From NCBI GenBank assembly GCA_039091855.1, contig JAWCLA010000001.1:13267-62628 (forward strand): a DNA stretch of 49,362 bases, written 5' to 3'. Both the position numbers and the translations under genes were made by a program. Shown in pieces: positions 18,989 to 27,742 of this stretch. Under the pieces are notes generated by a model. That model did no database searches. It was given only the letters and a program-made list of their open reading frames with translations, and was not told where the DNA came from. The DNA comes from Candidatus Aenigmatarchaeota archaeon. Its GTDB lineage: Archaea > Aenigmatarchaeota > Aenigmatarchaeia > QMZP01. Positions within the stretch are counted from its first letter, which is position 1, and each line of letters opens with the position of its first letter.

Positions 18989-19408
18989 TCATAGATAGTA
19001 TTTCCTGAAAGCTTTATGGAACGAGTCCTCGTCTCTCAAATCAAATATTTTGTACATAAATTTCTCTAATTTCTTTATGGAAAGTTTGGATGAAAATAGA
19101 TATTCCATTCTTTCTTTGGTGTTTGCTTTATTGAAGGCAATGTCACAAAATTCCTTAAAGTCAGTTAAGGAAAAATCAAAATCTTCTTTTTGTGGCTTGA
19201 AGTTAAGAAAAAAGACTGCACGATTGTAATAAGGTTTTATTATGGAAACATACCAATTTGATTCCTCTAATGCAATTACTGAATAATCGTTTTCGTTAAT
19301 GAAACCAAAAAATTCGGTAGAGTTGTTTTTCGCTTTGTATTTAAGATCCGATCTACTAAAAAACCTATTTTTTGAAAACAAAGGCACAAAACTATGAATT
19401 TTGTCCAT
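18989..19408 (-). CDS. hypothetical protein (AT-rich orphan downstream of aIF2-gamma)
   Basis: 139-aa ORF, Lys/Phe/Asn-rich, no motif recognised. Sits 34 nt downstream of the aIF2-gamma stop on the same strand. Confidence 0.45.
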   Translation of the reverse strand: MDKIHSFVPLFSKNRFFSRSDLKYKAKNNSTEFFGFINENDYSVIALEESNWYVSIIKPYYNRAVFFLNFKPQKEDFDFSLTDFKEFCDIAFNKANTKERMEYLFSSKLSIKKLEKFMYKIFDLRDEDSFHKAFRKYYL

Positions 19409-19442
19409 TATATCACGAAGGGATTAAGTTCATTTTTGATTT

Positions 19443-20753
19443 TTATACCTCAATGATCCCCCATCCTATAAGCCTCCACCTTCCTATGACTTGGCGGGAG
19501 ATTGCAACCTTCTCTCCTTTTTCGGCACAAACAGGTATTTTAAGGTCAACTTGAATTCTTCCGGACTTTATAGAACTCACAATCCCTACTGTCCTTGCTG
19601 TGCCTACTGTAATCATAAGCTGGTCATTTGTTTTAAGTGGCTCTACCTTTAGCTCTTCTTTAGAGCCTACAACCCTATCAAGAAGGTTTACAGAAATGGT
19701 AAGTTGATATGCTGGTTTTGGTAATTTTCCTGGAATTCCTACAACAGTTCCTGTGAGGTTGTCAGATTTTGCCCAATAAGGGTCAAGCTCTGTTGATATT
19801 CCCACAAGGCCTCCTGGTCCTGCTGACTCAACATCCATCATTGCCTGCTGTATTCCCATTACCTTTGTTGTTATTGGCTGAAACCTGTCCTTCACCTTTA
19901 TTCCGGGAGAAAGCTCAATCAAATCTCCTTTGTGAACCTCTCCCTCTATTATTGAGCCTCCAATAACAGCACCCTTTAGTTTATCAATAGGTGTTCCAGG
20001 CTTGTTTACATCAAACGACCTTGCAACAAGCATTTTGAGAGGCTTCTTTGGGTCCCTTTTTGGTGTAGGAATGGTTTTCTCTATTGCCTCTATAAGGGCG
20101 TCTATGTTTATTCCCTGCCTTGCGGATACCGGTATTATTGGTGCATTTTCGGCAATAGTTCCTTTTATAAAATCCTTTATCTGTTGGTAATTCTTAAGTG
20201 CCTGCTCCTCTGTAGCAAGGTCTATCTTGTTCTGCACAACAACTATGTTTTTTATTCCAACTATTTCAAGCGCTTTCAAATGTTCCCTTGTCTGCGGTTG
20301 CGGGCAGGGCTCTATTGCAGAAACGAGAAGAAGAGCACCATCCATAAGGGATGCCCCTGAAAGAACAGTCGCCATAAGGGTCTCGTGCCCCGGTGCATCA
20401 ACAAAGGAAACTGTTCTTAGTGGAATGCAATCGGAAAAGCACTTGGGGCATTTTTTGGCTGTTGAATATTGTTCATACCCCTTGCATTTCGGGCATTTGT
20501 AAAAAGTTGCCTCAGCATACCCAAGCCTTATTGTTATGCCCCTTTTTATCTCTTCTGAATGCGTGTCTGTCCACTTTCCTGTCAATGCCTCTGTGAGGCT
20601 TGTCTTTCCGTGATCAACGTGTCCCACAAGACCTATGCTTACCTCTGGAATGAGCGGCTTTATCTCAACTTTATTGATGCGCCTTGTCTTTTCTATTGCA
20701 AACCTGTCCTTTTCTACTTGCCTTTTCTTTTCTTTTCTTTCGACCTCAATCAC
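19443..20753 (-). CDS. eif2g: translation initiation factor aIF-2 gamma subunit
   Basis: GTPase motifs GHVDHGKTS, DAPGHE, QNKIDL. Zn-knuckle CPKCKG ... CPKC insert typical of a/eIF2 gamma. Confidence 0.95.
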   Translation of the reverse strand: MIEVERKEKKRQVEKDRFAIEKTRRINKVEIKPLIPEVSIGLVGHVDHGKTSLTEALTGKWTDTHSEEIKRGITIRLGYAEATFYKCPKCKGYEQYSTAKKCPKCFSDCIPLRTVSFVDAPGHETLMATVLSGASLMDGALLLVSAIEPCPQPQTREHLKALEIVGIKNIVVVQNKIDLATEEQALKNYQQIKDFIKGTIAENAPIIPVSARQGINIDALIEAIEKTIPTPKRDPKKPLKMLVARSFDVNKPGTPIDKLKGAVIGGSIIEGEVHKGDLIELSPGIKVKDRFQPITTKVMGIQQAMMDVESAGPGGLVGISTELDPYWAKSDNLTGTVVGIPGKLPKPAYQLTISVNLLDRVVGSKEELKVEPLKTNDQLMITVGTARTVGIVSSIKSGRIQVDLKIPVCAEKGEKVAISRQVIGRWRLIGWGIIEV

Positions 20754-20862
20754 CCAATACTCTATAATATTGAAGATATATATGTGTTCAGGAATTTTCC
20801 TGTCAAAAATATAAATAAATAGCTATAGTTTTTTTATTGTTGCTGTAATAAATATACAGCAA

Positions 20863-21055
20863 GGGCCCATAGCTCAGTCTGGTTTGAATTTGAAGCAATA
20901 TATAGCTTCTCTTCCGGAAAGAGCGCTCGGCTCTTATCGCTTTGTTAACGGCGTTCGCCGCTAATGATTGGGTGAGACCGAGAAGTCGAGGGTTCGAAGG
21001 CGCAAGGTTAATGATTGGAAACTGTCTTTTAGTTACGAAAATCCCTCTGGGCCCA
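20863..21055 (+). tRNA. tRNA-Lys(CUU) with three introns (D-loop about 36 nt, 37/38 about 40 nt, T-loop 59/60 about 43 nt)
   Basis: Exons 20863-20883, 20920-20936, 20977-20998 and 21042-21055 give 74 nt. Acceptor GGGCCCA/TGGGCCC, D arm GCTC-AGTCTGGTA-GAGC, anticodon arm CTCGG-CTCTTAA-CCGAG, T arm GAGGG-TTCGAAT-CCCTC. All stems are perfect. Confidence 0.8.
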
Positions 21056-21098
21056 TTCAGGTTTTAATGTATTTAAGAAACAATTACAAAAATCAAAC

Positions 21099-22043
21099 AT
21101 GTTTGGTATTTTTGTGGATTTTTCGCTTCTTGTTGTCAGCCTTGCCTCGCTTGTTTTTATTGCTGACAAGCTGATAGATCACTCTGTCAAGTTTGCAAAG
21201 ATAGTTGGCGTTTCTGGGGCAGTTATAGGTTTGACGCTATTGGCTTATGGGACATCCGTTCCTGAGTTTGCTGTTTCTTCGATCGCTTCCTATGGAACGC
21301 ACGACCAGCTCTCTGTTTCAAACATAATCGGTTCGAATATCTACAACATAGCAATGGTTCTCGGAATTGCTGCCATAATTCTGCCATTCTCTTGGAAGGA
21401 TGACTTCAGGAGGGACGGTATATTTATGATTTTTGCAACCTTGGTTTTGATACCGCTTGCTTTTATCGGAGGGATATCACCCTTGTCAGGGCTTATGATG
21501 GTTTTTTTGCTGGCGATATATTCTTATTACGTAATCAGGAAGGACAAAAAGGTTGATAGTGACGGAAATGCTATAAAGAAAGAGAGCGGTTCAGTAAAAA
21601 AGGAGTTTGCATTCTGTTTGATCCTTCTTTTAGGAGTTTTGGTTGCAGGATACTTCACAGTGGAATTTGCTGTTGAAACAGCAAGGGGTTTTGGAATTTC
21701 GGAATGGATAATAGGAGCCACTATAGTTGCCGCTGGCACGTCAATGCCGGAGACTGTTGTGAGCATAATATCGGCAAAGAAGAAGCAAATGGGAATGTCC
21801 CTTGGTAACATAATAGGTTCAAACTATTTCAATGTTCTATGGATACTTGGGGCATCGGCAATAATAAGCCCCCTTTCCTTTCATATTCAGGATATATGGA
21901 TTGACTTGCTTTTCCTTTTCATTTTGACAGGTCTTTTCTTTTTGGCCGTATTGAGAAAGAAGATAACCAGGATTTATGGTTTCATTTATATAGGAATTTA
22001 TATTATTTTTGTATTGCACATACTTGGATTTCTGGGTTTTTAG
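21099..22043 (+). CDS. Na+/Ca2+ exchanger family (CaCA, YrbG-like) membrane protein
   Basis: Two alpha-repeat motifs GTSVPEF and GTSMPET in a 10-TM, 314-aa protein. Confidence 0.85.
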   Translation: MFGIFVDFSLLVVSLASLVFIADKLIDHSVKFAKIVGVSGAVIGLTLLAYGTSVPEFAVSSIASYGTHDQLSVSNIIGSNIYNIAMVLGIAAIILPFSWKDDFRRDGIFMIFATLVLIPLAFIGGISPLSGLMMVFLLAIYSYYVIRKDKKVDSDGNAIKKESGSVKKEFAFCLILLLGVLVAGYFTVEFAVETARGFGISEWIIGATIVAAGTSMPETVVSIISAKKKQMGMSLGNIIGSNYFNVLWILGASAIISPLSFHIQDIWIDLLFLFILTGLFFLAVLRKKITRIYGFIYIGIYIIFVLHILGFLGF

Positions 22044-22294
22044 ATTAAAAAGGTAACTGACTAATCGGCAGAATACATAAAGCACTCCAAATGATATGGT
22101 GGAGTATTTCATAGTTGGTTAATAAATTGTTACGGGAATACATCTCTTATGTGTTAAAGATGACAGGATGTCTGCATCTTATTTGTGGAGAACGTAGAAA
22201 CTTCTTTTCGCCCACTGCAAGGGAGACAAAGATCTCATGAATCCTCCGGAAACACGACCCCGCTTCAACTGGTTGTTGTTTGGTTTCACACTAA

Positions 22295-23020
22295 TCATTC
22301 AAGCGTGAAGTAAACCCGTCTGTTGTTCTTTCCCTTGTTCTCTATGTTTTTTATCACTATCCTTCCTATTTCCTTTGTGTTCCTTACGTGGCAACCACCA
22401 CAAGCCTGCCTGTCAAAGCCTTCTATCTCAACAATCCTGAATTCTTTTATTGAAGGGTCCATTCCCTTGGCAAGCATTACAAGAGACGGGTCTCTTTCAA
22501 CATCCTCCTTTGAAAGGAAATGAAACCTTATGGGAAGGGCTTCCTGGATTATCCTGTTTGCTTTTTCAGCAAAAGAATGTATCTGCTCTCTATTGAACTC
22601 TTCAAGCGAGAAATCTATCCTTGTCTTGTCCTCAGCAATCTGGTTGCCTGTTATGAGGGCTCCTGTCTCCTTGTTTATTACAGAGGAAAGGATATGGGCA
22701 GCTGTGTGGTATCTCATAAAAAGGTATCTTCTGTCCCAGTCTATTCTGCAAAAAACCTTATCGCCAACATCGAGCCCTGTTTGATCAACCTCGTGTGAAA
22801 TATGTTCTCCGAACTTTCCAACGTAAACCACCCTAAAAACCTTGTGGTCAGAAATCCTTTCCATTGTTCCTGTGTCAAATGGCTGCCCACCCGAATTTGG
22901 ATAGAAGGCTGTCTCGTCAAGAACAACATAGTTCCTGTCCACTCTTGTAACAGTTGCCTCAAACTCTTTCAGGTATGGATTAAGCAGATAAATAGGTCTT
23001 TCCATAGGAAAATTATCCAA
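22295..23020 (-). CDS. alaX: alanyl-tRNA editing protein AlaX (AlaRS editing-domain homolog)
   Basis: Zn-binding motifs HTAAHIL and CGGCHV. About 240 aa, AlaX-M size. Confidence 0.85.
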   Translation of the reverse strand: MDNFPMERPIYLLNPYLKEFEATVTRVDRNYVVLDETAFYPNSGGQPFDTGTMERISDHKVFRVVYVGKFGEHISHEVDQTGLDVGDKVFCRIDWDRRYLFMRYHTAAHILSSVINKETGALITGNQIAEDKTRIDFSLEEFNREQIHSFAEKANRIIQEALPIRFHFLSKEDVERDPSLVMLAKGMDPSIKEFRIVEIEGFDRQACGGCHVRNTKEIGRIVIKNIENKGKNNRRVYFTLE

Positions 23021-23049
23021 ATTATAAATATATATTTGTCACATCTGGA

Positions 23050-24036
23050 ATGGTTAATATGATATGCCTTGGTGTGGAAAGCACTGCGCACACTTTCGGT
23101 ATCGGTGTTGCTAAAGGAAATGGAGAGATGTTGTGCAATGTTTGGGATATGTACAAGCCCCCTGGGGGATGGGGAATAAAGCCGCAGGAAGCGGCAATTC
23201 ATCACAGGAAGGTTTCTAAGGAGGTTCTTGAAAAGGCGCTTTCACAGGCAAGGATATCATTGAAGGATGTTGATTTTTTTGCCTTCTCACAAGGTCCTGG
23301 ACTGCCGCCTTGTCTTAGGGAGGGTCTCTCCTTCACGAAGTCAATAGCAGGAAAAAAGCCTTTTTTTGGGGTAAACCATTGCATAGCCCACGTAGAGATA
23401 GGAAGGCTCTACACTGGGCTTAAAGACCCAGTAACCCTTTATGTTTCCGGAGCAAACACTCAGGTTCTCGCTTTTGCAGAAGGCAGGTACAGGTGTTTTG
23501 GGGAAACAATGGATGTTGGTATTGGAAACGCGCTTGACAAGTTCGGGAGGGAGGTTGGAGTAGAATTTCCCGCAGGTCCGAAGATAGAGAAACTGGCTGA
23601 AAGGGGAAGATATGTTGAGCTTCCCTATGTTGTCAAGGGTATGGATTTGTCATTCTCGGGAATAATAACAGAGGCATTGTCCAGATATAAGAAAGGTGAA
23701 TCAGTTGAAAACTTGTGCTATTCCATTCAGGAAACGCTTTTTGCAATGCTTACAGAGGTAACCGAAAGGGCAATGGCGCATACAGGAAAAACAGAGCTTC
23801 TGCTTACAGGAGGAGTTGCCTCTAATTCGAGGCTTCAGGAGATGCTCGGTATAATGTGCAGGGAAAGAGGCGCCCTCTTCAGAACAGTCCCAAGGGAAGT
23901 TTCTGGTGACAATGGCGCAATGATAGCTTGGACGGGAATTCTAATAAAAAAATCCCTTAAAAAGCCACCTACAAGGGCAGACAGAATATTCCCAAGGCAG
24001 AGGACGGATGAGGTTGATGTTTTCTGGAGGAGGTAG
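23050..24036 (+). CDS. kae1: tRNA N6-adenosine threonylcarbamoyltransferase Kae1
   Basis: ICLGVESTAHTFG, metal-site NHCIAHVE, GGVASN. Not fused to Bud32. Confidence 0.9.
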   Translation: MVNMICLGVESTAHTFGIGVAKGNGEMLCNVWDMYKPPGGWGIKPQEAAIHHRKVSKEVLEKALSQARISLKDVDFFAFSQGPGLPPCLREGLSFTKSIAGKKPFFGVNHCIAHVEIGRLYTGLKDPVTLYVSGANTQVLAFAEGRYRCFGETMDVGIGNALDKFGREVGVEFPAGPKIEKLAERGRYVELPYVVKGMDLSFSGIITEALSRYKKGESVENLCYSIQETLFAMLTEVTERAMAHTGKTELLLTGGVASNSRLQEMLGIMCRERGALFRTVPREVSGDNGAMIAWTGILIKKSLKKPPTRADRIFPRQRTDEVDVFWRR

Positions 24037-24081
24037 ATTTTTGTAACAGAGGCTTTTTTATCTGCTTTCAAAAATATTATT

Positions 24082-24501
24082 ATGCCTGTCCAGACTTTTA
24101 CAATCAAGGTGAAATCCTCGCCTGAAACCGACGTGATAGACATCACACAAGACTTAATAAAGGCTGTTTCCTCCTCAAAAATAAGGAATGGTATTGTTAC
24201 CGTTTTTGTGCCTGGATCAACTGCCTCTGTGAGCACTATAGAATTCGAGCCGAATCTCGTAAAGGACTTCAAGGAAGCGATAGAAAGGATCGTGCCTTCC
24301 AACATTAAGTACAGGCACAGGGAGACGTGGGGTGATGACAACGGAAAGTCTCACATAAGGGCAACGCTTATGGGACCTTCCATAACCATACCTTTCAGGG
24401 AAAAAAAGCTTCTTCTTGGAACCTGGCAACAGGTTGTGGTGATAGATTTTGACGTTCCTGCAAGAACAAGGGATGTCATAATACAGGTTATGGGAGAATA
24501 A
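24082..24501 (+). CDS. YjbQ/UPF0047 family protein (secondary thiamine-phosphate synthase-like)
   Basis: 139 aa. VFVPGSTASVSTIEFEP, DNGKSHIRATLMGPS, LGTWQQVVVIDFD are typical UPF0047 blocks. Confidence 0.75.
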   Translation: MPVQTFTIKVKSSPETDVIDITQDLIKAVSSSKIRNGIVTVFVPGSTASVSTIEFEPNLVKDFKEAIERIVPSNIKYRHRETWGDDNGKSHIRATLMGPSITIPFREKKLLLGTWQQVVVIDFDVPARTRDVIIQVMGE

Positions 24502-24503
24502 AA

Positions 24504-24731
24504 GGCAGCTATCTGGCCTTCCCTCCTGGTTCCGGCAAGAAAGCCCAACAATGGTTGGGCATCCAAGCTGTCGGAAGTACAAGCCAGACCGTAGGGGGTC
24601 TTAACTTCCGTGTTCGGATTTCCCCACCCCTTTCTTTTTACGTTTTTTGCTCCACCGCTTTTTGAAGAAGCGGTAAGCTCTCGTAAAAAAGCGGTGTATG
24701 GGAACGGGTGAACACCCCCGCTTTGGCCGCC
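24504..24731 (-). rRNA. 5S rRNA, abnormally long (about 228 nt)
   Basis: Minus strand reads GGCGGCCAAAGCGGGGGTGTTCACCCGTTCCCAT[79 nt]TCCGAACACGGAAGTTAAGACCCCCTACGGTCTGGCTTGTACT...CCGGAACCAGGAGGGAAGGCCAGATAGCTGCC. Helix I is GGCGGC/GCTGCC. TATA-like TTATATAAA lies about 29 nt upstream (24757-24765). A T-run follows the 3' end. Confidence 0.7.
24619..24697 (-). other. about 79-nt insertion (intron or expansion segment) in loop C of the 5S rRNA gene
   Basis: It interrupts the otherwise contiguous conserved CCCAT|TCCGAAC. Internally, CACCGCTTTTT pairs with AAAAAGCGGTG (11 bp). It contains AAAGAAAGGGG, resembling a motif in the tRNA T-loop introns. Boundaries are good to plus or minus 2 nt. Confidence 0.6.
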
Positions 24732-24774
24732 ATTAGTCTAATAATTGAATGTAACATTTATATAAGTTTCTTGC

Positions 24775-25227
24775 CTATTTAGAATCCAACAATTTTCCCA
24801 CAATTGTCCTTCTTTCATTATACCCGTTTTTCCTGAAAAATTCAAGTGAATTTATATTAGTATTGGTTATTTCAGCCGTTACCTCCATTATTCCCATCAA
24901 GGAGAAAAATTTTTCAGCCTCCTGAAGGAGAAGCTTCCCTATGCCTTGCCTTCTGTATTTTTTTTCAACAAATATTATGTTTACGTAGCCAAATCTGCCA
25001 AAAGGGCCTGACCTCGGCTGAAACCTTATGAAGCCGATGGGTTTTCCTCCTGCTTCGGCAACCTTTATTGTGCCTGGATATTTTTTAATATGTTTTAAAA
25101 TAATTTTCCTTTCAGCGTCCTTGTCCATAACCTTTCCTGGAAAGCTTATCCTTCCTGTTTCCTCCCTGAATGTAAGTACAGCTTCCATATCTTCTGGTAT
25201 GAAATCTCTTATTTTCACATTTGTCAT
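24775..25227 (-). CDS. GNAT-family N-acetyltransferase
   Basis: Acetyl-CoA motif A RRQGIGKLLLQEAEKF. 150 aa. Confidence 0.8.
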   Translation of the reverse strand: MTNVKIRDFIPEDMEAVLTFREETGRISFPGKVMDKDAERKIILKHIKKYPGTIKVAEAGGKPIGFIRFQPRSGPFGRFGYVNIIFVEKKYRRQGIGKLLLQEAEKFFSLMGIMEVTAEITNTNINSLEFFRKNGYNERRTIVGKLLDSK

Positions 25228-25841
25228 CCAATCACCAGAGCAAGAGCAAATCCTGTTATTATGGGGATTAAAAGGTTGTCATCAATAATCCCTTTTCCTT
25301 TTGAGTATATAATTTTTGTTTCTGGAAGAAGTTCTGAAAAAGTCGCTACTATTGCGCCAAATAGAGCAATCAAAGGATTGAAAAACAAGAAGCAAACAAT
25401 AAAGGCTGTTATAAAGAAAGCCGCTGTTCCCTCAAGCGTTTTCCTTCCAATGATTTTAATCCTACCTAACTTTAGTCCTAAAACAGTTGATATTGAGTCA
25501 GAAACAGCCAAAACAATTCCTGCTGCAGAGGCGGCTTTAAGGGGAAAGAGCAAAAATGCAAGTCCTATCCCAAAGTAGAACCAGAAAGCGCCTGCAAATG
25601 GCTTTCTTGAATCCTTCCTCTCGAGCATAAGGGCAACGTCCCTCAGCCTGCACTCGATCCTTGAAAATAATGTTTTTTTGTTTTTCTCAAATTTTGTTAT
25701 GTATTCAGAGTAAATTAGGAAAAGAAATGCGATTAACAGGAAAAACAGCCCTGTAAGGCTCTTTTCGAAAAACTGTCCAAAAAATATGAACAAAACACCG
25801 CTTATATGGACAGCTTGCCTAAGGATTTCATTTCTCATCAT
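25224..25841 (-). CDS. CTP-dependent polyprenol (dolichol) kinase / cytidylyltransferase-family membrane protein (COG0170-like)
   Basis: Multi-TM protein. AVSDSISTVLGLKLGR ... GRKTLEGTAAFFITAF ... DDNLLIP match the SEC59/DGK1/VTE5-type pattern. 4-nt overlap with the GNAT gene. Confidence 0.65.
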   Translation of the reverse strand: MMRNEILRQAVHISGVLFIFFGQFFEKSLTGLFFLLIAFLFLIYSEYITKFEKNKKTLFSRIECRLRDVALMLERKDSRKPFAGAFWFYFGIGLAFLLFPLKAASAAGIVLAVSDSISTVLGLKLGRIKIIGRKTLEGTAAFFITAFIVCFLFFNPLIALFGAIVATFSELLPETKIIYSKGKGIIDDNLLIPIITGFALALVIG

Positions 25842-25872
25842 AAGATATTTTGCCCTTTTTTATTAAAAGGAA

Positions 25873-26805
25873 TCAGGATGGAAACATCCCTGTTTTTGCA
25901 AAAAACAGGAAAACACCAAACGCTGCAAAAACCATTATCAGAGAATGTTTCATTCCGGCTGTCGCTGAGTTATCGGAAAGTTGCCCTGCTATCAGACCCG
26001 TGAATATTGCCTGTATTACAACAACTGAGAAAAATATTGCCAAATAGTAACAGGTTATTCCCTCGCTTACGTTTAATATGGAGCATATTCCTGAAAACAA
26101 CCCGCAGGGAAATATTGGACCGTTTTCGCACGGGTTTATGAAAAAAAATGTCATCCCACTTACTCCAGCAGTCATTCCTGCCTGTGATTTCACCATAGGA
26201 ACCATAACATAAACTATCATAACCGCTATTCCGAGAAATATGAAGAAAAGCCCGTACATTACCATAACATGCTGCCTTACGATAGATGCCCTCTCTGCCT
26301 CTGCCTCCTTAAGCATTATGATGTCCTTTGAAACTGCATCAAGAGTGTCAGGTATGCTTCCGCCTGTCTCGAATGAGTGTTTTATTATCCTGAGTGCCTC
26401 GCACATTATCTTGGAGTCTTTCACGCTCTCGTTGAAAATGTCCATAACCCTGAGGAAAGGGGTTCCCCAGGAAAGCCTGTTGTGCATCTTCTGCACTTCA
26501 GGTGTGAGCTTTCCATAATTAGCCTTTGACGCTATTCCTATTGCTTCTGGCAGAGACATTCCTGAACGAGTTGAGTCAGCAAGGTCCCTTATGAAGTTTG
26601 GGAATTGCTCTTCAAGTCCTCTTATCCAGAGAAATTTCGAATATTTGTAAAACACATATGGCACAATGCTGATGAAAACAGATATTATTATAAGGTTGCC
26701 TAGAATGGGAACATCACCAAGGAGAATTCCTATGAATATCAATATTATGCTTATAGCTGTAGGTACAAGGATGAACTTCAGCATTGTGTTTGGCTTGTTT
26801 TTCAT
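25873..26805 (-). CDS. T2SS-F domain pilus platform protein (TadC/FlaJ-like)
   Basis: QFPNFIRDLADSTRSGMSLPEAI ... helical domain flanked by TM helices. Downstream of the secretion ATPase. Confidence 0.75.
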   Translation of the reverse strand: MKNKPNTMLKFILVPTAISIILIFIGILLGDVPILGNLIIISVFISIVPYVFYKYSKFLWIRGLEEQFPNFIRDLADSTRSGMSLPEAIGIASKANYGKLTPEVQKMHNRLSWGTPFLRVMDIFNESVKDSKIMCEALRIIKHSFETGGSIPDTLDAVSKDIIMLKEAEAERASIVRQHVMVMYGLFFIFLGIAVMIVYVMVPMVKSQAGMTAGVSGMTFFFINPCENGPIFPCGLFSGICSILNVSEGITCYYLAIFFSVVVIQAIFTGLIAGQLSDNSATAGMKHSLIMVFAAFGVFLFFAKTGMFPS

Positions 26806-26821
26806 ATTTTACCCTTTGATT

Positions 26822-27724
26822 TTACTCGCTTGGATATATGCCCTTAAGCAGGACTATGAACCCAACTGAAACAGCAGGGACAACGAAAAATACCAGGAAT
26901 GTCTGGAGGAATAGAGAAAATCCACCTCCGCCAACAAGAGGGCTCATTATTGATAGCATAACTATAAAGAAGAGGCTTCCCACTATGACAAGCGTTGTGT
27001 ATATCTCTGTGTAAAGGGATATCTGCTTTGAATAGTTCTCGAGGTTTCTCCTGTACTGTGACATAAAGGTTTTTGTTTTCCCTGAAAGGTATTTCTGGAC
27101 ATCCCCTCCTGTTGTTATTATGGTTGCCATACTCAGGAGTATGTCAGCGAACTGTGGGGATGGTGTTCTGGCTGCTGCCTTCTGAAGTGCATCAGGAAGT
27201 GACATCCCAAGGCTGTTAACATCATTGTATATCCTTCCTGCCTCCTCTCCTATCAGTCCGCCCTTCTTTGAGAGCATATTGAATATCTCAACGGGATTTA
27301 TTCCTGATGAAGCTGATGTCGCCATATGAAAAATCGTGAATGGCAAAATCCTTTCTATTCTTGACCTCCTGCTCTTTGCCCTCATTGAAGGATAGTAATA
27401 ACCAATCCCGAAAATTCCTCCAGCACCTGCAAATGATATTATTATCGCAAGGGTAAATGAGTAAACCATATCATAAGCAGATGTGGTTTTTGAAATCAAT
27501 GGTATAACATAACCAAATATGGTAGCTCCTGAAATAATTAGTATGACATAGCCTATAAGTGCATAAAGTGTTATGGTAGAAATGTATTCCACAACAGGGG
27601 TTTTTATGCCTGCCTTTTTAAGGTTCATTTTAAGAGAATCAAGGTAAATTACATACTTGTCAAAAATGCTTCCAAAAAAACCGTACGCAGTCTTGCTCAA
27701 AGGCATTTTTCCGTGCATTCGCAA
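26822..27724 (-). CDS. T2SS-F domain pilus platform protein (TadB/FlaJ-like)
   Basis: ILPFTIFHMATSASSGINPVEIF ... GMSLPDALQKAA ... GGDVQKYL pattern with N- and C-terminal TM helices. Confidence 0.75.
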   Translation of the reverse strand: MRMHGKMPLSKTAYGFFGSIFDKYVIYLDSLKMNLKKAGIKTPVVEYISTITLYALIGYVILIISGATIFGYVIPLISKTTSAYDMVYSFTLAIIISFAGAGGIFGIGYYYPSMRAKSRRSRIERILPFTIFHMATSASSGINPVEIFNMLSKKGGLIGEEAGRIYNDVNSLGMSLPDALQKAAARTPSPQFADILLSMATIITTGGDVQKYLSGKTKTFMSQYRRNLENYSKQISLYTEIYTTLVIVGSLFFIVMLSIMSPLVGGGGFSLFLQTFLVFFVVPAVSVGFIVLLKGIYPSE

Positions 27725-27742
27725 CTCCTTCTGTTAAAATAA

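Noticed and set aside
20968-21174. 68-aa ORF overlapping the tRNA-Lys 3' half and the start of the exchanger gene
   Set aside because: It overlaps a well-supported tRNA and a well-supported CDS in another frame.
21837-22112. 91-aa minus-strand ORF at the end of the exchanger gene
   Set aside because: It mostly overlaps the CaCA coding region antisense and has no motifs.
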